64,000 nucleotides of DNA from Myxococcales bacterium (GTDB taxonomy: Bacteria > Myxococcota_A > Polyangia > Polyangiales > DASUME01): contig JASGJH010000001.1 in NCBI GenBank assembly GCA_047601445.1, positions 1,280,001-1,344,000 of the forward strand, given 5' to 3'. Below the pieces are notes generated by a model, which worked only from the letters and a program-made list of their open reading frames with translations, had not been told where the DNA came from and did no database searches. How positions within the stretch are numbered: position 1 is the stretch's first letter; every line of letters begins with the position of its first letter. Below are positions 40,305 through 51,116 of the stretch, piece by piece. Made by a program: the position numbers and the translations under genes.

Positions 40305-41489
40305 ATGTTCACCGTAGAGCTGCATCGCGCCCACGCCACACCGGTCGCTTCGGGCCATCCGTGGGTGTTCGCACAGGCCGTGCATCGGGTGGTGGGAGGC
40401 AAGCCACAAGCGGGCGATGAGGTGCTGGTGGTGGACCCTCAAGGCAAGGCGCTGGGGCGTGGTTTCTGGTCGCCAGATTCAGCCATCGTCGTGCGCCTCC
40501 TGACGCGCGATCCCGAGCGCGCGCTCGATGACGCGTTCTTCCACGCGCGCGTCCGCGACGCGGTCGCCACGCGCAGACAGCTCGACCTCCCGAACGCAGA
40601 CACGACCGGCTATCGCCTGGTGCACGCCGAAGGAGATGGGCTCGCGGGTCTCATCGTCGACGTCTACGGCGATGTCCTCGTGGTGCAGTTTTTGACCCGG
40701 GGTGTCGCTCGGCGACGGGACGCGATCGTGGGCGCCCTGCGCGAGCTGCTTTCGCCCAGAGCCATCGTGACGGCCAGTAGCAATCCCTCCCAGGCGCGCG
40801 AAGGCGTAGCCGAGGAGACGGGACCCTTGTTCGGAGAGCTTCCAGATGCACTGCGCTTCAAGGAGCGTGGCCTGGAGTTCGAGATCCCCTACGGGAGTGC
40901 GCAGAAGACCGGCTACTACTTCGACCAGCGCGAGCATCGCGCGGAGGTGGAGCGCCTGGCCAAGGGACGCGAGGTGCTCGATGCTTGCTCTTACGTGGGC
41001 GGGTTCTCGCTCGCAGCGGGTCGCGGCGGTGCCAAGTCGGTGCTCGCCCTGGATTCCTCCCAGGCAGCGGTGGACCAGGGGGCCGAATTCGCCCGCAAGC
41101 TCGGCCTCTCCCAGGTGCGCTTCGAACGCGCCGACGTGAGAAGCGAGCTCGAACGCCTGCGCAACGACAAGGCTGCGTTCGACCTGGTGGTGTTCGACCC
41201 GCCGAAGCTCGTGCCCACTGCGAAGCACCTGGAAAAGGGGCGTCGCGCCTACCGCAAGCTCAACGCCCACGCGATCTCGCTGGTCCGGCCGGGTGGCACG
41301 TTGGTCACCTGTTCGTGCTCTGCCGCCATGAACGAGACCGAGTTCCTACGCATGCTGGCCTTCGCCTCGAGCGACGCCGGGCGCGAGCTCTGTGTGTTGC
41401 GCGTGGGGCGCCAGTCCCCGGACCACCCGCTCTTGCCGGGCTTCTCCGAGGGGAGCTATCTGAAGACCGTGTTCGCCATCGTGCGCTGA
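40305..41489 (+). CDS. rlmI: RlmI-like 23S rRNA m5C methyltransferase (PUA domain)
   Basis: GHPWVF, EGDGLAGLIVD, QKTGYYFDQR, FDPP and CSCS motifs. Confidence 0.88.
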   Translation: MFTVELHRAHATPVASGHPWVFAQAVHRVVGGKPQAGDEVLVVDPQGKALGRGFWSPDSAIVVRLLTRDPERALDDAFFHARVRDAVATRRQLDLPNADTTGYRLVHAEGDGLAGLIVDVYGDVLVVQFLTRGVARRRDAIVGALRELLSPRAIVTASSNPSQAREGVAEETGPLFGELPDALRFKERGLEFEIPYGSAQKTGYYFDQREHRAEVERLAKGREVLDACSYVGGFSLAAGRGGAKSVLALDSSQAAVDQGAEFARKLGLSQVRFERADVRSELERLRNDKAAFDLVVFDPPKLVPTAKHLEKGRRAYRKLNAHAISLVRPGGTLVTCSCSAAMNETEFLRMLAFASSDAGRELCVLRVGRQSPDHPLLPGFSEGSYLKTVFAIVR

Positions 41490-41501
41490 GGAGCCGACGT
41501 C

Positions 41502-42299
41502 GTGTTGCCCATCGCCTTCTTTCCCCCCTCCACGGCCCGCGCGCTGACCGGCGTGTGCTTCGATGTGGACGACACCGTGACGCGTCACGGCCAGCTCGAG
41601 CCGGCAGCCTATGCCGCACTCGCGGACCTGAAGGACGCCGGACTGAAGTTGATCGCCGTGACGGGGCGGCCGCTAGGGTTCGCCGAAGTGATCGCACGCA
41701 TGTGGTGCGTGGACGCGGCGATCGGCGAGAACGGCGCGGGCTACGTGGCACGCGAGGGCAAGGGGCTGCGCTTTGGATACTGGGACGACGCGGCGACGCG
41801 AGCGGAGCAGCAGCTGAGCCTGGCCAGGATCCGCGCGCGGGTAACGCGCGAGCTGCCCTTCGTGCAAGAGGCCGACGATGTGTGGGCCCGGCGCTGTGAC
41901 CTCGCATTCGACGTGGGAGAACGGGCGCAGCTGACGCGCGAGCAAATCCAGGCCTTGGTGAGCCTCATCGAGGCCGAAGGGGCACACTCGAGCGTGTCCT
42001 CGGTGCACGCGCACGCGCAGTTTGGGGACCACGACAAAGCGCGCGGTGTGGCGCGGGCACTCCACGAGCTGTGGGGCTTGGAACCGGAGCAGGTGGGGCG
42101 CGAGTTCCTGTTCGTGGGAGATAGCGGCAACGACGCGGCGGCCTTCGCGTGGTTCGAATGCACGGCTGGAGTGGCCAATGTGGTGCGTCATCTCGACCGC
42201 CTGCCGCGCCCTCCCCGCTTCGTGGCGCAGCGCGAGTGCGGCCAGGGTTTCGCCGAGATCGCTGCGCACATCCTGAGCGCACGCCGAGCGGTGCCATGA
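41502..42299 (+). CDS. HAD-IIB family hydrolase
   Basis: FDVDDT, VTGR, GENG and GDSGND motifs. Confidence 0.88.
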   Translation: MLPIAFFPPSTARALTGVCFDVDDTVTRHGQLEPAAYAALADLKDAGLKLIAVTGRPLGFAEVIARMWCVDAAIGENGAGYVAREGKGLRFGYWDDAATRAEQQLSLARIRARVTRELPFVQEADDVWARRCDLAFDVGERAQLTREQIQALVSLIEAEGAHSSVSSVHAHAQFGDHDKARGVARALHELWGLEPEQVGREFLFVGDSGNDAAAFAWFECTAGVANVVRHLDRLPRPPRFVAQRECGQGFAEIAAHILSARRAVP

Positions 42300-43150
42300 C
42301 GCGCAACGCGACCAAGCCCACCAAAAGCCGCGGCACCGCGCCCAAACGAGATGCCGGCAGCGCGCTGAGCCAGCGTATTCAACGCGGCGCGGTGGCCCAC
42401 TACGAGGACCCCCACTATTACGACCACACCTACAAGCGGCGCCGCAACGACGTGCGCTTCTACGTGGACCTCGTGAAGGAGCGCCCGGGCGCGGTGCTCG
42501 AGCTCGGAGTGGGGACTGGACGCGTGGCGTTGGCCCTGGCGCGCGCCGGCGTCGAGACGGTGGGTATCGAGCCGGTGCCGGCCATGCTCCAGCACGCGCG
42601 GATCAAGCGGGAGGCTCTGCCCGCGGCCGCCCAGAGCTGCCTCGAGCTACGGGCGGGCGACGCCCGCACGCTGCGCCTGAAGCGGCGCTTCCCCTGGGTC
42701 ATCGCGCCCTTCAATGTGTTCATGCACCTGTACACGCGACGAGAGCTCGAACAGGCCTTCGCCAGCGTGCGCGCGCACCTCGCGCCGCGCGGTCGCTTCG
42801 TGTTCGATGTGCTGATGCCCGATCTACACGCGATGGTCCGCAGGCCGGGCAAGCTCTACAAGGGCCCTGCCCTCACCGAGCCCAACACAGGCCGGCGCTA
42901 CGAATACTTCGAGGCCTTCGAGTACCAGCACGAGCGCCAGGTCCAGCTGGTGTCAATGGTCTTCCAAAATCTGTCGGAGCTCGGCGACCTCAAGATCGTT
43001 CCCCTGAGTCAGCGCCAGTTCTTCCCCCAGGAGCTCGAGGCGCTCTTGCATTACAACGGCTTCACCGTCGAGCACGTGTGGGGAGACTTCTCCCGCGCAC
43101 CGCTGTGCGCCGAGAGCGAGAGCCAAATCGTGGTGGCCCGGGCGCGCTAA
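42296..43150 (+). CDS. Class I SAM-dependent methyltransferase
   Basis: VLELGVGTGRV, GDAR and HLAPRGRFVFD motifs; ATGA overlap with the HAD gene. Confidence 0.9.
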   Translation: MTRNATKPTKSRGTAPKRDAGSALSQRIQRGAVAHYEDPHYYDHTYKRRRNDVRFYVDLVKERPGAVLELGVGTGRVALALARAGVETVGIEPVPAMLQHARIKREALPAAAQSCLELRAGDARTLRLKRRFPWVIAPFNVFMHLYTRRELEQAFASVRAHLAPRGRFVFDVLMPDLHAMVRRPGKLYKGPALTEPNTGRRYEYFEAFEYQHERQVQLVSMVFQNLSELGDLKIVPLSQRQFFPQELEALLHYNGFTVEHVWGDFSRAPLCAESESQIVVARAR

Positions 43151-43158
43151 GGGACTCC

Positions 43159-44520
43159 CTACCGGGCTGCGCGCAACGCTTCTTCCACGATGCGATCGTG
43201 CTCCTTGGGATCGGCCCATCGGCGCCGACCTTCCTCGGGCAGGCTGCGGATGGGATCGAAGTAGCAGAACAGGCGCCCGGGCTTGACGCTCGGCGCGCTG
43301 TACACGGACACGCCCGTAACGCGGTCGTAATACTCCGCCGAGTGGACCTGACGCTTGCCGCCGCCCCCCGGCGCGTCGACCACGAAGGTGGGCGTGTTGA
43401 AGCCGGCCGTTGCGCCGCGGACCGCCTTCTCGATTTGCATCGATGAGTGGACACTGGTGCGCAGATCTTCCACGCCCCGCACCAGGTCGTGCTGGTACAC
43501 GTAGTACGGCTGCACGTTCACGTAGCTCAGGCGCCGCACCAACGTGATCATGGTCTCGACGCTGTCGTTGACCCTGGCCTGCATCACGCTCTGGTTGCGC
43601 ACGGTGACCCCGTGCTCGAACAAGCGATTCATGGCCTGCTCGGTGATGCGCGTGATCTCGTTGGGATGATTGAAATGCGTGTGCAATACCACTTGCTTGT
43701 GCAGCTTGCGCCCGCGCTCGACGAGGCCGACCAGCGCTCCGAACCAGGCGTCGTCGCTCAGGATTTTCTGGGGCATCACGGCGGGCCCCTTGCTCGCGAT
43801 GCGGATACGCCGGATGTTCGGGATATCGAGCAAGGCGTCGCCGATGAAGCGCAGCTGCTCGGGCTTGAGCGTGTAGGAGTCGCCGCCGCTCACCACCACG
43901 TCTTCTACCTCGCTGCGCAGCTTGAGGTACTCGAAGGCGTGCTCCCAGCGCTGCATGTTCACCTTGAGGCTCAGCTTCTCCACCTCGGTATCCGGTCCCA
44001 CGGCGTAGGAGCGCGTGCAGAAGCGGCAGTACACGGGGCAGGTGTTGAGCGGCAAGAAGAGCACCTTGTCGGGATAGCGGTGGGTCAAGCCCGGAACCGG
44101 GGAATCCGCCTGCTCGGCGAGCGAGTCGAGCCCCAACTTCGGGTGGTCGGGGAGCATCTCGGACTCGAGGGGAATGAACTGTCGCCGGATGGGATCGTCC
44201 TCGGGTGCGCTCCAGTCCACCAAGCTGAGCAGATACGGAGAGACTCGTACGCTCATCGGCGCGCGCAAGAAGCCGCGCGCGGCGTCCTCGACGAACGTCT
44301 CGCTGACCAATCCCGTGAGCGCATCGAGCAGCGCCTTCGGCTTGGTGACCGACTGTCTCGCCTGCCACTGGTGATCGAGAAACTCTTGTTCCGAAACCTG
44401 ACGGAAGGCCGGGATAACCCGCCAAAACTCGCCGCCGCGCAGATCGCGGTGACGCACATCTTGCTGCGACTCGGCGTGCTCAGGACTGGGCAGCGCATCT
44501 TGGATCACACGCAGGACCAC
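43159..44520 (-). CDS. KamA family radical SAM aminomutase (lysine 2,3-aminomutase-like)
   Basis: HRYPDK, CPVYCRFCTR, SGGD, HFNHPNE, NQSV and VVDAPGGGGK motifs. Confidence 0.92.
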   Translation of the reverse strand: MVLRVIQDALPSPEHAESQQDVRHRDLRGGEFWRVIPAFRQVSEQEFLDHQWQARQSVTKPKALLDALTGLVSETFVEDAARGFLRAPMSVRVSPYLLSLVDWSAPEDDPIRRQFIPLESEMLPDHPKLGLDSLAEQADSPVPGLTHRYPDKVLFLPLNTCPVYCRFCTRSYAVGPDTEVEKLSLKVNMQRWEHAFEYLKLRSEVEDVVVSGGDSYTLKPEQLRFIGDALLDIPNIRRIRIASKGPAVMPQKILSDDAWFGALVGLVERGRKLHKQVVLHTHFNHPNEITRITEQAMNRLFEHGVTVRNQSVMQARVNDSVETMITLVRRLSYVNVQPYYVYQHDLVRGVEDLRTSVHSSMQIEKAVRGATAGFNTPTFVVDAPGGGGKRQVHSAEYYDRVTGVSVYSAPSVKPGRLFCYFDPIRSLPEEGRRRWADPKEHDRIVEEALRAAR

Positions 44521-44703
44521 GTTTGCCTCCGTCTCGTTTCAGAGGCTTGCGCGCGGCCTGGTTCGCACGGCGCGCGCAGGCTCTTCTTCCATGCTAGCGC
44601 AGCCTCGGGGAACGCGGTCGAACTGGGCTGAGGCACAGCGGCGTGCCATGCTCGGCTCCGTGCGGAAGGCCACAGCTTTGCCGCCGTTTTCGCCCGCGCG
44701 CAG

Positions 44704-45735
44704 ATGGTCGCGCTTCGCCAAGGGGCTCGTGTGGAAGATCGCCTGTTGTTCGTCATCTCACCGCCGCGCGCCGGGTCCACTCTGCTGCAGCAGATGCTCG
44801 GCTCCCACGCGGAGATCTTCACCCATCCGGAACCGCACCTGATCACGCCGCTCGCCTACCTCGGGTACCACGGCAACGTCGATAAGGCGCCCTTCGATCA
44901 CATCAACGGCGCGGAGGCGATTCGAGCCTACGTGGGCCGCTTGCCCGGCGGCGAGGCCGACTACCTCGACGCGCTGAGGGCCTACAGCGACACCATGTAC
45001 GGACGCATGCTGGCCCCCAGCGGCCGCCGCTACTTCCTCGACAAGACCCCCGCCTACGCCACCGTCTTGCCGTTCCTCACTCGGCTCTATCCGCGCGCCA
45101 AGTACGTGGTCCTCACGCGTCATCCGTTGGCCGTGATGAGCAGCTACGCCAACAGCTTCTTCGTCGGCGACTGGCACGCCGCCCACGCCTTCAACCCGGT
45201 GCTCGAGCGCTACGTGCCGGCGATGGCCAAGGTAATCCGCGACGCCCAGGTGCCGCTCTTGCAGGTGAACTACGAGCAGTTGGTGGCCGACCCCGAAGCC
45301 GCACTCCAGCGCATCTTCGAGTTCCTCGGCCTCGAGCACGATCCGGGCGCCGTGAACTACGGCAAGCGCTTCGAAGCGAAGGAGGGCATGGGCGACCCCA
45401 TCGGCGTGAAGAAGCACGACCGGCCCACCACCGAGAGCGTCGAGAAGTGGATCCCGGAGCTGCTCTCGGATCCCAAGAAGCTCAAGCTGGCCCGCGAGAT
45501 CATCGACCGGCTCGAGGACGTCGATCTCGAGACCTGGGGCTACCCGCGCGCGAGCGTGTTCGAGGCGCTCGAGCAGGGCAGCGCCAGCAAGCTGCCCAAG
45601 CCCCCCGTGTGGAACAAGTACGTGTTCCAACGCCGCGTGATGCTCGCGCTCAAGAAGGACATCGCCACGCGTCCCCACGGCAAGCTGCTCAAGAAGGTCA
45701 AGTACTACTGCGACGTGTTGCTGCGCGAGCAGTGA
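44704..45735 (+). CDS. PAPS-dependent sulfotransferase
   Basis: PRAGSTLL (5'-PSB), DKTP, RHPLAVMSS (3'-PB) and YEQLVADP motifs. Confidence 0.9.
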   Translation: MVALRQGARVEDRLLFVISPPRAGSTLLQQMLGSHAEIFTHPEPHLITPLAYLGYHGNVDKAPFDHINGAEAIRAYVGRLPGGEADYLDALRAYSDTMYGRMLAPSGRRYFLDKTPAYATVLPFLTRLYPRAKYVVLTRHPLAVMSSYANSFFVGDWHAAHAFNPVLERYVPAMAKVIRDAQVPLLQVNYEQLVADPEAALQRIFEFLGLEHDPGAVNYGKRFEAKEGMGDPIGVKKHDRPTTESVEKWIPELLSDPKKLKLAREIIDRLEDVDLETWGYPRASVFEALEQGSASKLPKPPVWNKYVFQRRVMLALKKDIATRPHGKLLKKVKYYCDVLLREQ

Positions 45736-45877
45736 GGGGCGCGCCTGCGCGCGGCGCGCGGGCAAGTCGGCGGCGAGGGCGGTCACGCACACCGTCGCCG
45801 TCGCGGTCAAAGTTCACGACCAAGACCACGCGCACGACTAGCGGCAGACGTTTGTCGGCAATCGTTGGGCGGAGGGC

Positions 45878-48598
<2,721 letters not shown>

Positions 48599-48930
48599 AA
48601 CAGGGCCGTTTACCACGGCCGATTGGCACCACAAGCGGGGCCTCCGCCAGGCCCGTCAGCGCCGCTCTTGCAACCCGGATTTCGATACGATCCAGAGCAG
48701 TGTTCCAGGCTTGTTTCCGACAAGAAACTTCGCGCGTATCTGACCCGCTTCCCGCCCAACTCAATGGTCAATTCTCCTTTGGAAATAGGGGTAACACCGT
48801 TGTTGGACATCTTGCCTGTGCTAGTTTCGTCCGCGCTCGTGCACTCGTTCGTCAGGTTGTTTCGCGAGACCATTTAGGGATGTTCTGCGCGTTGCATGGA
48901 GCCGCGCGCGCAGACGCGGAGGCAGGCGGG

Positions 48931-49389
48931 ATGGTGAAGGTTGCCCGGAAAGAATCGGGGGGCCGCGGCAGCGCGGAGGCCATCGAGAAACGTCGTGTTG
49001 CGCGTCAACTCAACACACTGTTCGGAGGACCCGGCAATCCGGCCGGAAAGCTCGACGGCCGCACCGAGAAGCGCAGACAGCGCCTGTTGAAGGAGCTCAA
49101 GGAAGGCCGCGCAGGCCAGGCCCTCAAGCCCATCGAAATCGTCTGTCATGCGAACGAACTGCTCTCACTCGGCGAGACCCTCACCAGCATTCGCAAGAAC
49201 GGCCTCAAGGCCTCGCGCATCGACCTGGTGGACAGCAGCGAGAAAGCCGAGACCGTGCTCCGAGCCCAGGAGGCCTACGGCTTTCGTCCCGAAGTATGGA
49301 AGCTGCTCGGCATCGACCTTGCCGAGCTCGAGAGCGCCGAGAACAGCAAAGCTCCCGCGACCCGCCGAAAGCGCAAGGCCCACGCCTGA
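48931..49389 (+). CDS. Small basic hypothetical protein
   Basis: 152 aa with an upstream GGAGG; Lys/Arg-rich (LDGRTEKRRQRLLKEL; tail RRKRKAHA). Confidence 0.75.
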   Translation: MVKVARKESGGRGSAEAIEKRRVARQLNTLFGGPGNPAGKLDGRTEKRRQRLLKELKEGRAGQALKPIEIVCHANELLSLGETLTSIRKNGLKASRIDLVDSSEKAETVLRAQEAYGFRPEVWKLLGIDLAELESAENSKAPATRRKRKAHA

Positions 49390-49445
49390 GGCGCCCGCCC
49401 ACCTACACTGGCGCCTAGACCAGCGCCCGCAGCGAACCTCCAAAC

Positions 49446-49474
49446 TGGACACAAACACCCGGAAGCGCTACATC
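49446..49474 (+). promoter_or_regulatory. Candidate sigma70-type promoter of tRNA-Cys
   Basis: TGGACA-N17-TACATC about 48 nt upstream of the tRNA. Confidence 0.45.
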
Positions 49475-49521
49475 CCGGTCGCCTTTGTTGGCTCGCGGGC
49501 GGAACCGCCCGCTTCGACTTC

Positions 49522-49593
49522 GGCGCGGTAGCCAAGTGGTTAGGCAACGGTTTGCAAAACCGTCACACACCGGTTCGAATCCGGTTCGCGCCT
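49522..49593 (+). tRNA. tRNA-Cys (GCA); CCA not encoded
   Basis: Acceptor stem GGCGCGG/TCGCGCC with discriminator U; D arm AGCCAAGTGGTTAGGC; anticodon arm ACGGT-TTGCAAA-ACCGT; T loop TTCGAAT. Confidence 0.96.
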
Positions 49594-49605
49594 CCCGAGA
49601 TTTCC

Positions 49606-49648
49606 AAGACCCCAGCAGCCTCGAGCTCGCTGGGGTTTTGTCGTTTCT
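49606..49648 (+). terminator. Intrinsic terminator after tRNA-Cys
   Basis: AAGACCCCAGC...GCTGGGGTTTT hairpin followed by GTCGTTTCT. Confidence 0.75.
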
Positions 49649-49690
49649 GGGAGCGGAGAAGAAAGCGCGTGGTCTACGCGTTGGGAATGG

Positions 49691-49804
49691 ATGCTAGCCG
49701 GGCTGCTCGGGACGCTCGCCATCTTCGCAGCGACGATCATCAAGCACATGGCCATCGTCGGCATCGTGTGGTTCACGGTCAGTCGCAAGAAGCGGCGGAA
49801 CTGA
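49691..49804 (+). CDS. Possible 37-aa membrane peptide
   Basis: MLAGLLGTLAIFAATIIKHMAIVGIVWFTVSRKKRRN; GC3-rich codons; below the ORF-track cutoff. Confidence 0.4.
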   Translation: MLAGLLGTLAIFAATIIKHMAIVGIVWFTVSRKKRRN

Positions 49805-49932
49805 GGCGACCTCGAGGTTGTCGGGGCCAAGGTCGCTTCGCCGGCCCTAGCGGGCTCAACAGGCTCTCGAGCCGCGCTGGGCCGAAAGCGCTAGACCCTT
49901 CTCAATCTCGCAGTCCGTGAAAGTAGAACTCC

Positions 49933-50271
49933 ATGTCGCTCCCTCAGCGGACACCGCGACGCCGGCTTCCGATCCTGCTCGACGTCAGCTGGTGGTTTGT
50001 CGTCCTGCTCGCTGTGCTGGCTCTGGTCGCGGACTTCACGTACCCGACGCTGGGCGTAGCGCTCTGTCTGTCCTTTTCCGGGGCGGCCATGGCGCTGAAC
50101 GCGCGCACGGTCCCCGCAACGCTCACACGCTGGAAGGCCGCTTGGCGCGTGGGCTGCCTGCTGTGCGCTCTGGCCTCTTGGATCTTCGCTGGCGTGCAGT
50201 TCGCCCAGCTTGCCTGGGAGCCGGCCCGGCGCCCTGTGAGCCAGTCCCGGAGCCCGCGAACAGGCGACTGA
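49933..50271 (+). CDS. Small hypothetical membrane protein
   Basis: 112 aa with about three hydrophobic segments. Confidence 0.5.
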   Translation: MSLPQRTPRRRLPILLDVSWWFVVLLAVLALVADFTYPTLGVALCLSFSGAAMALNARTVPATLTRWKAAWRVGCLLCALASWIFAGVQFAQLAWEPARRPVSQSRSPRTGD

Positions 50272-50588
50272 CAGCGCTGCGCGATCCCATCCGCCTGGCT
50301 TCCGTTGGCAAGACGCTGGTGTTGGCGATCGTGGTCTTCTTCAAGCGGAAAGACTGGTGGCGCGCAACGGTTCCTCTTCCTCCGTGACGCGAGCAGCCTC
50401 GAGCTCGCTAGGGCTTGGTCGTCCGTCGAAGGACGCGTGCCACGATGGAAAGCGTTCCGTATCCGCCATGTCTTCGCCGTCGGAGCCCCGGGCCCTGCGC
50501 CCGCGCGCGCTTTTCGTGGCATAAGGACGCGCCGTTCGTGCGGGACCCGCCTGCAGGTCACGCTCGAACGTCCACGCGGAGGAGCCCT

Positions 50589-50954
50589 TTGCTGATCATC
50601 TCTCTGCTCTTGCTGGTCCTGATGGCCATCGGCTTTATCCAGCTGGTAGGGACGGTGCGGGCGCTGTTCGGGTTGTTTGGCCGTCGCTGGGCCGACGCCG
50701 AGCGCCTCTCGCGTTACGCGCTCCTGACCGCCCTAGTCGCCTACCCCCTGATCACCACCGCGCTGTTCTACGCGCAGCTCCACTGGGGTCCGGCTGAGGC
50801 CGCCGCCTCACGGGACGAGGCCTTGGCGCGTACCATCTCCGCGACCATGAACTTCGGCATCGTGGGGGTCCTCTCGGTGCCCCTGGCAGCCCTGGTCTGG
50901 CTGGTCGCTTTCAGCGCGCGGACCCGCCAAGCCCGCCAGGACCGCTCGCCCTGA
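50589..50954 (+). CDS. Small hypothetical membrane protein (3 TM)
   Basis: GGAGGAG upstream of a TTG start; three hydrophobic helices. Confidence 0.6.
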   Translation: MLIISLLLLVLMAIGFIQLVGTVRALFGLFGRRWADAERLSRYALLTALVAYPLITTALFYAQLHWGPAEAAASRDEALARTISATMNFGIVGVLSVPLAALVWLVAFSARTRQARQDRSP

Positions 50955-51116
50955 GAAAACGCGACGCGGGCAGCTCCCGACCGCCTGTTGAATCGCCGTT
51001 GTTCCCCTTCAGCTTCAAGGCAGCCCCGCGCCCGAACCTCGAGTAGAGTGCGCCGGCTGATGCGCCCCGATGAGAGCAGTACTTCGCGGCCGAACTCCCA
51101 GGCCGCTGCCGAGCCC

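Noticed and set aside
40305..45735. Secondary-metabolite cluster (methyltransferases, HAD, aminomutase, sulfotransferase)
   Set aside because: Three separate transcription units, including a housekeeping rRNA methyltransferase, and no scaffold synthase, carrier protein or precursor peptide.
50316..50360. LVLAIVVFFKRKDWW, resembling a CorA C-terminus
   Set aside because: Only ~15 codons with no upstream CorA sequence or GMN motif; cannot be distinguished from chance.
49522..51000. Integrative element at tRNA-Cys
   Set aside because: No integrase, transposase or duplicated tRNA 3' end was seen in the window.
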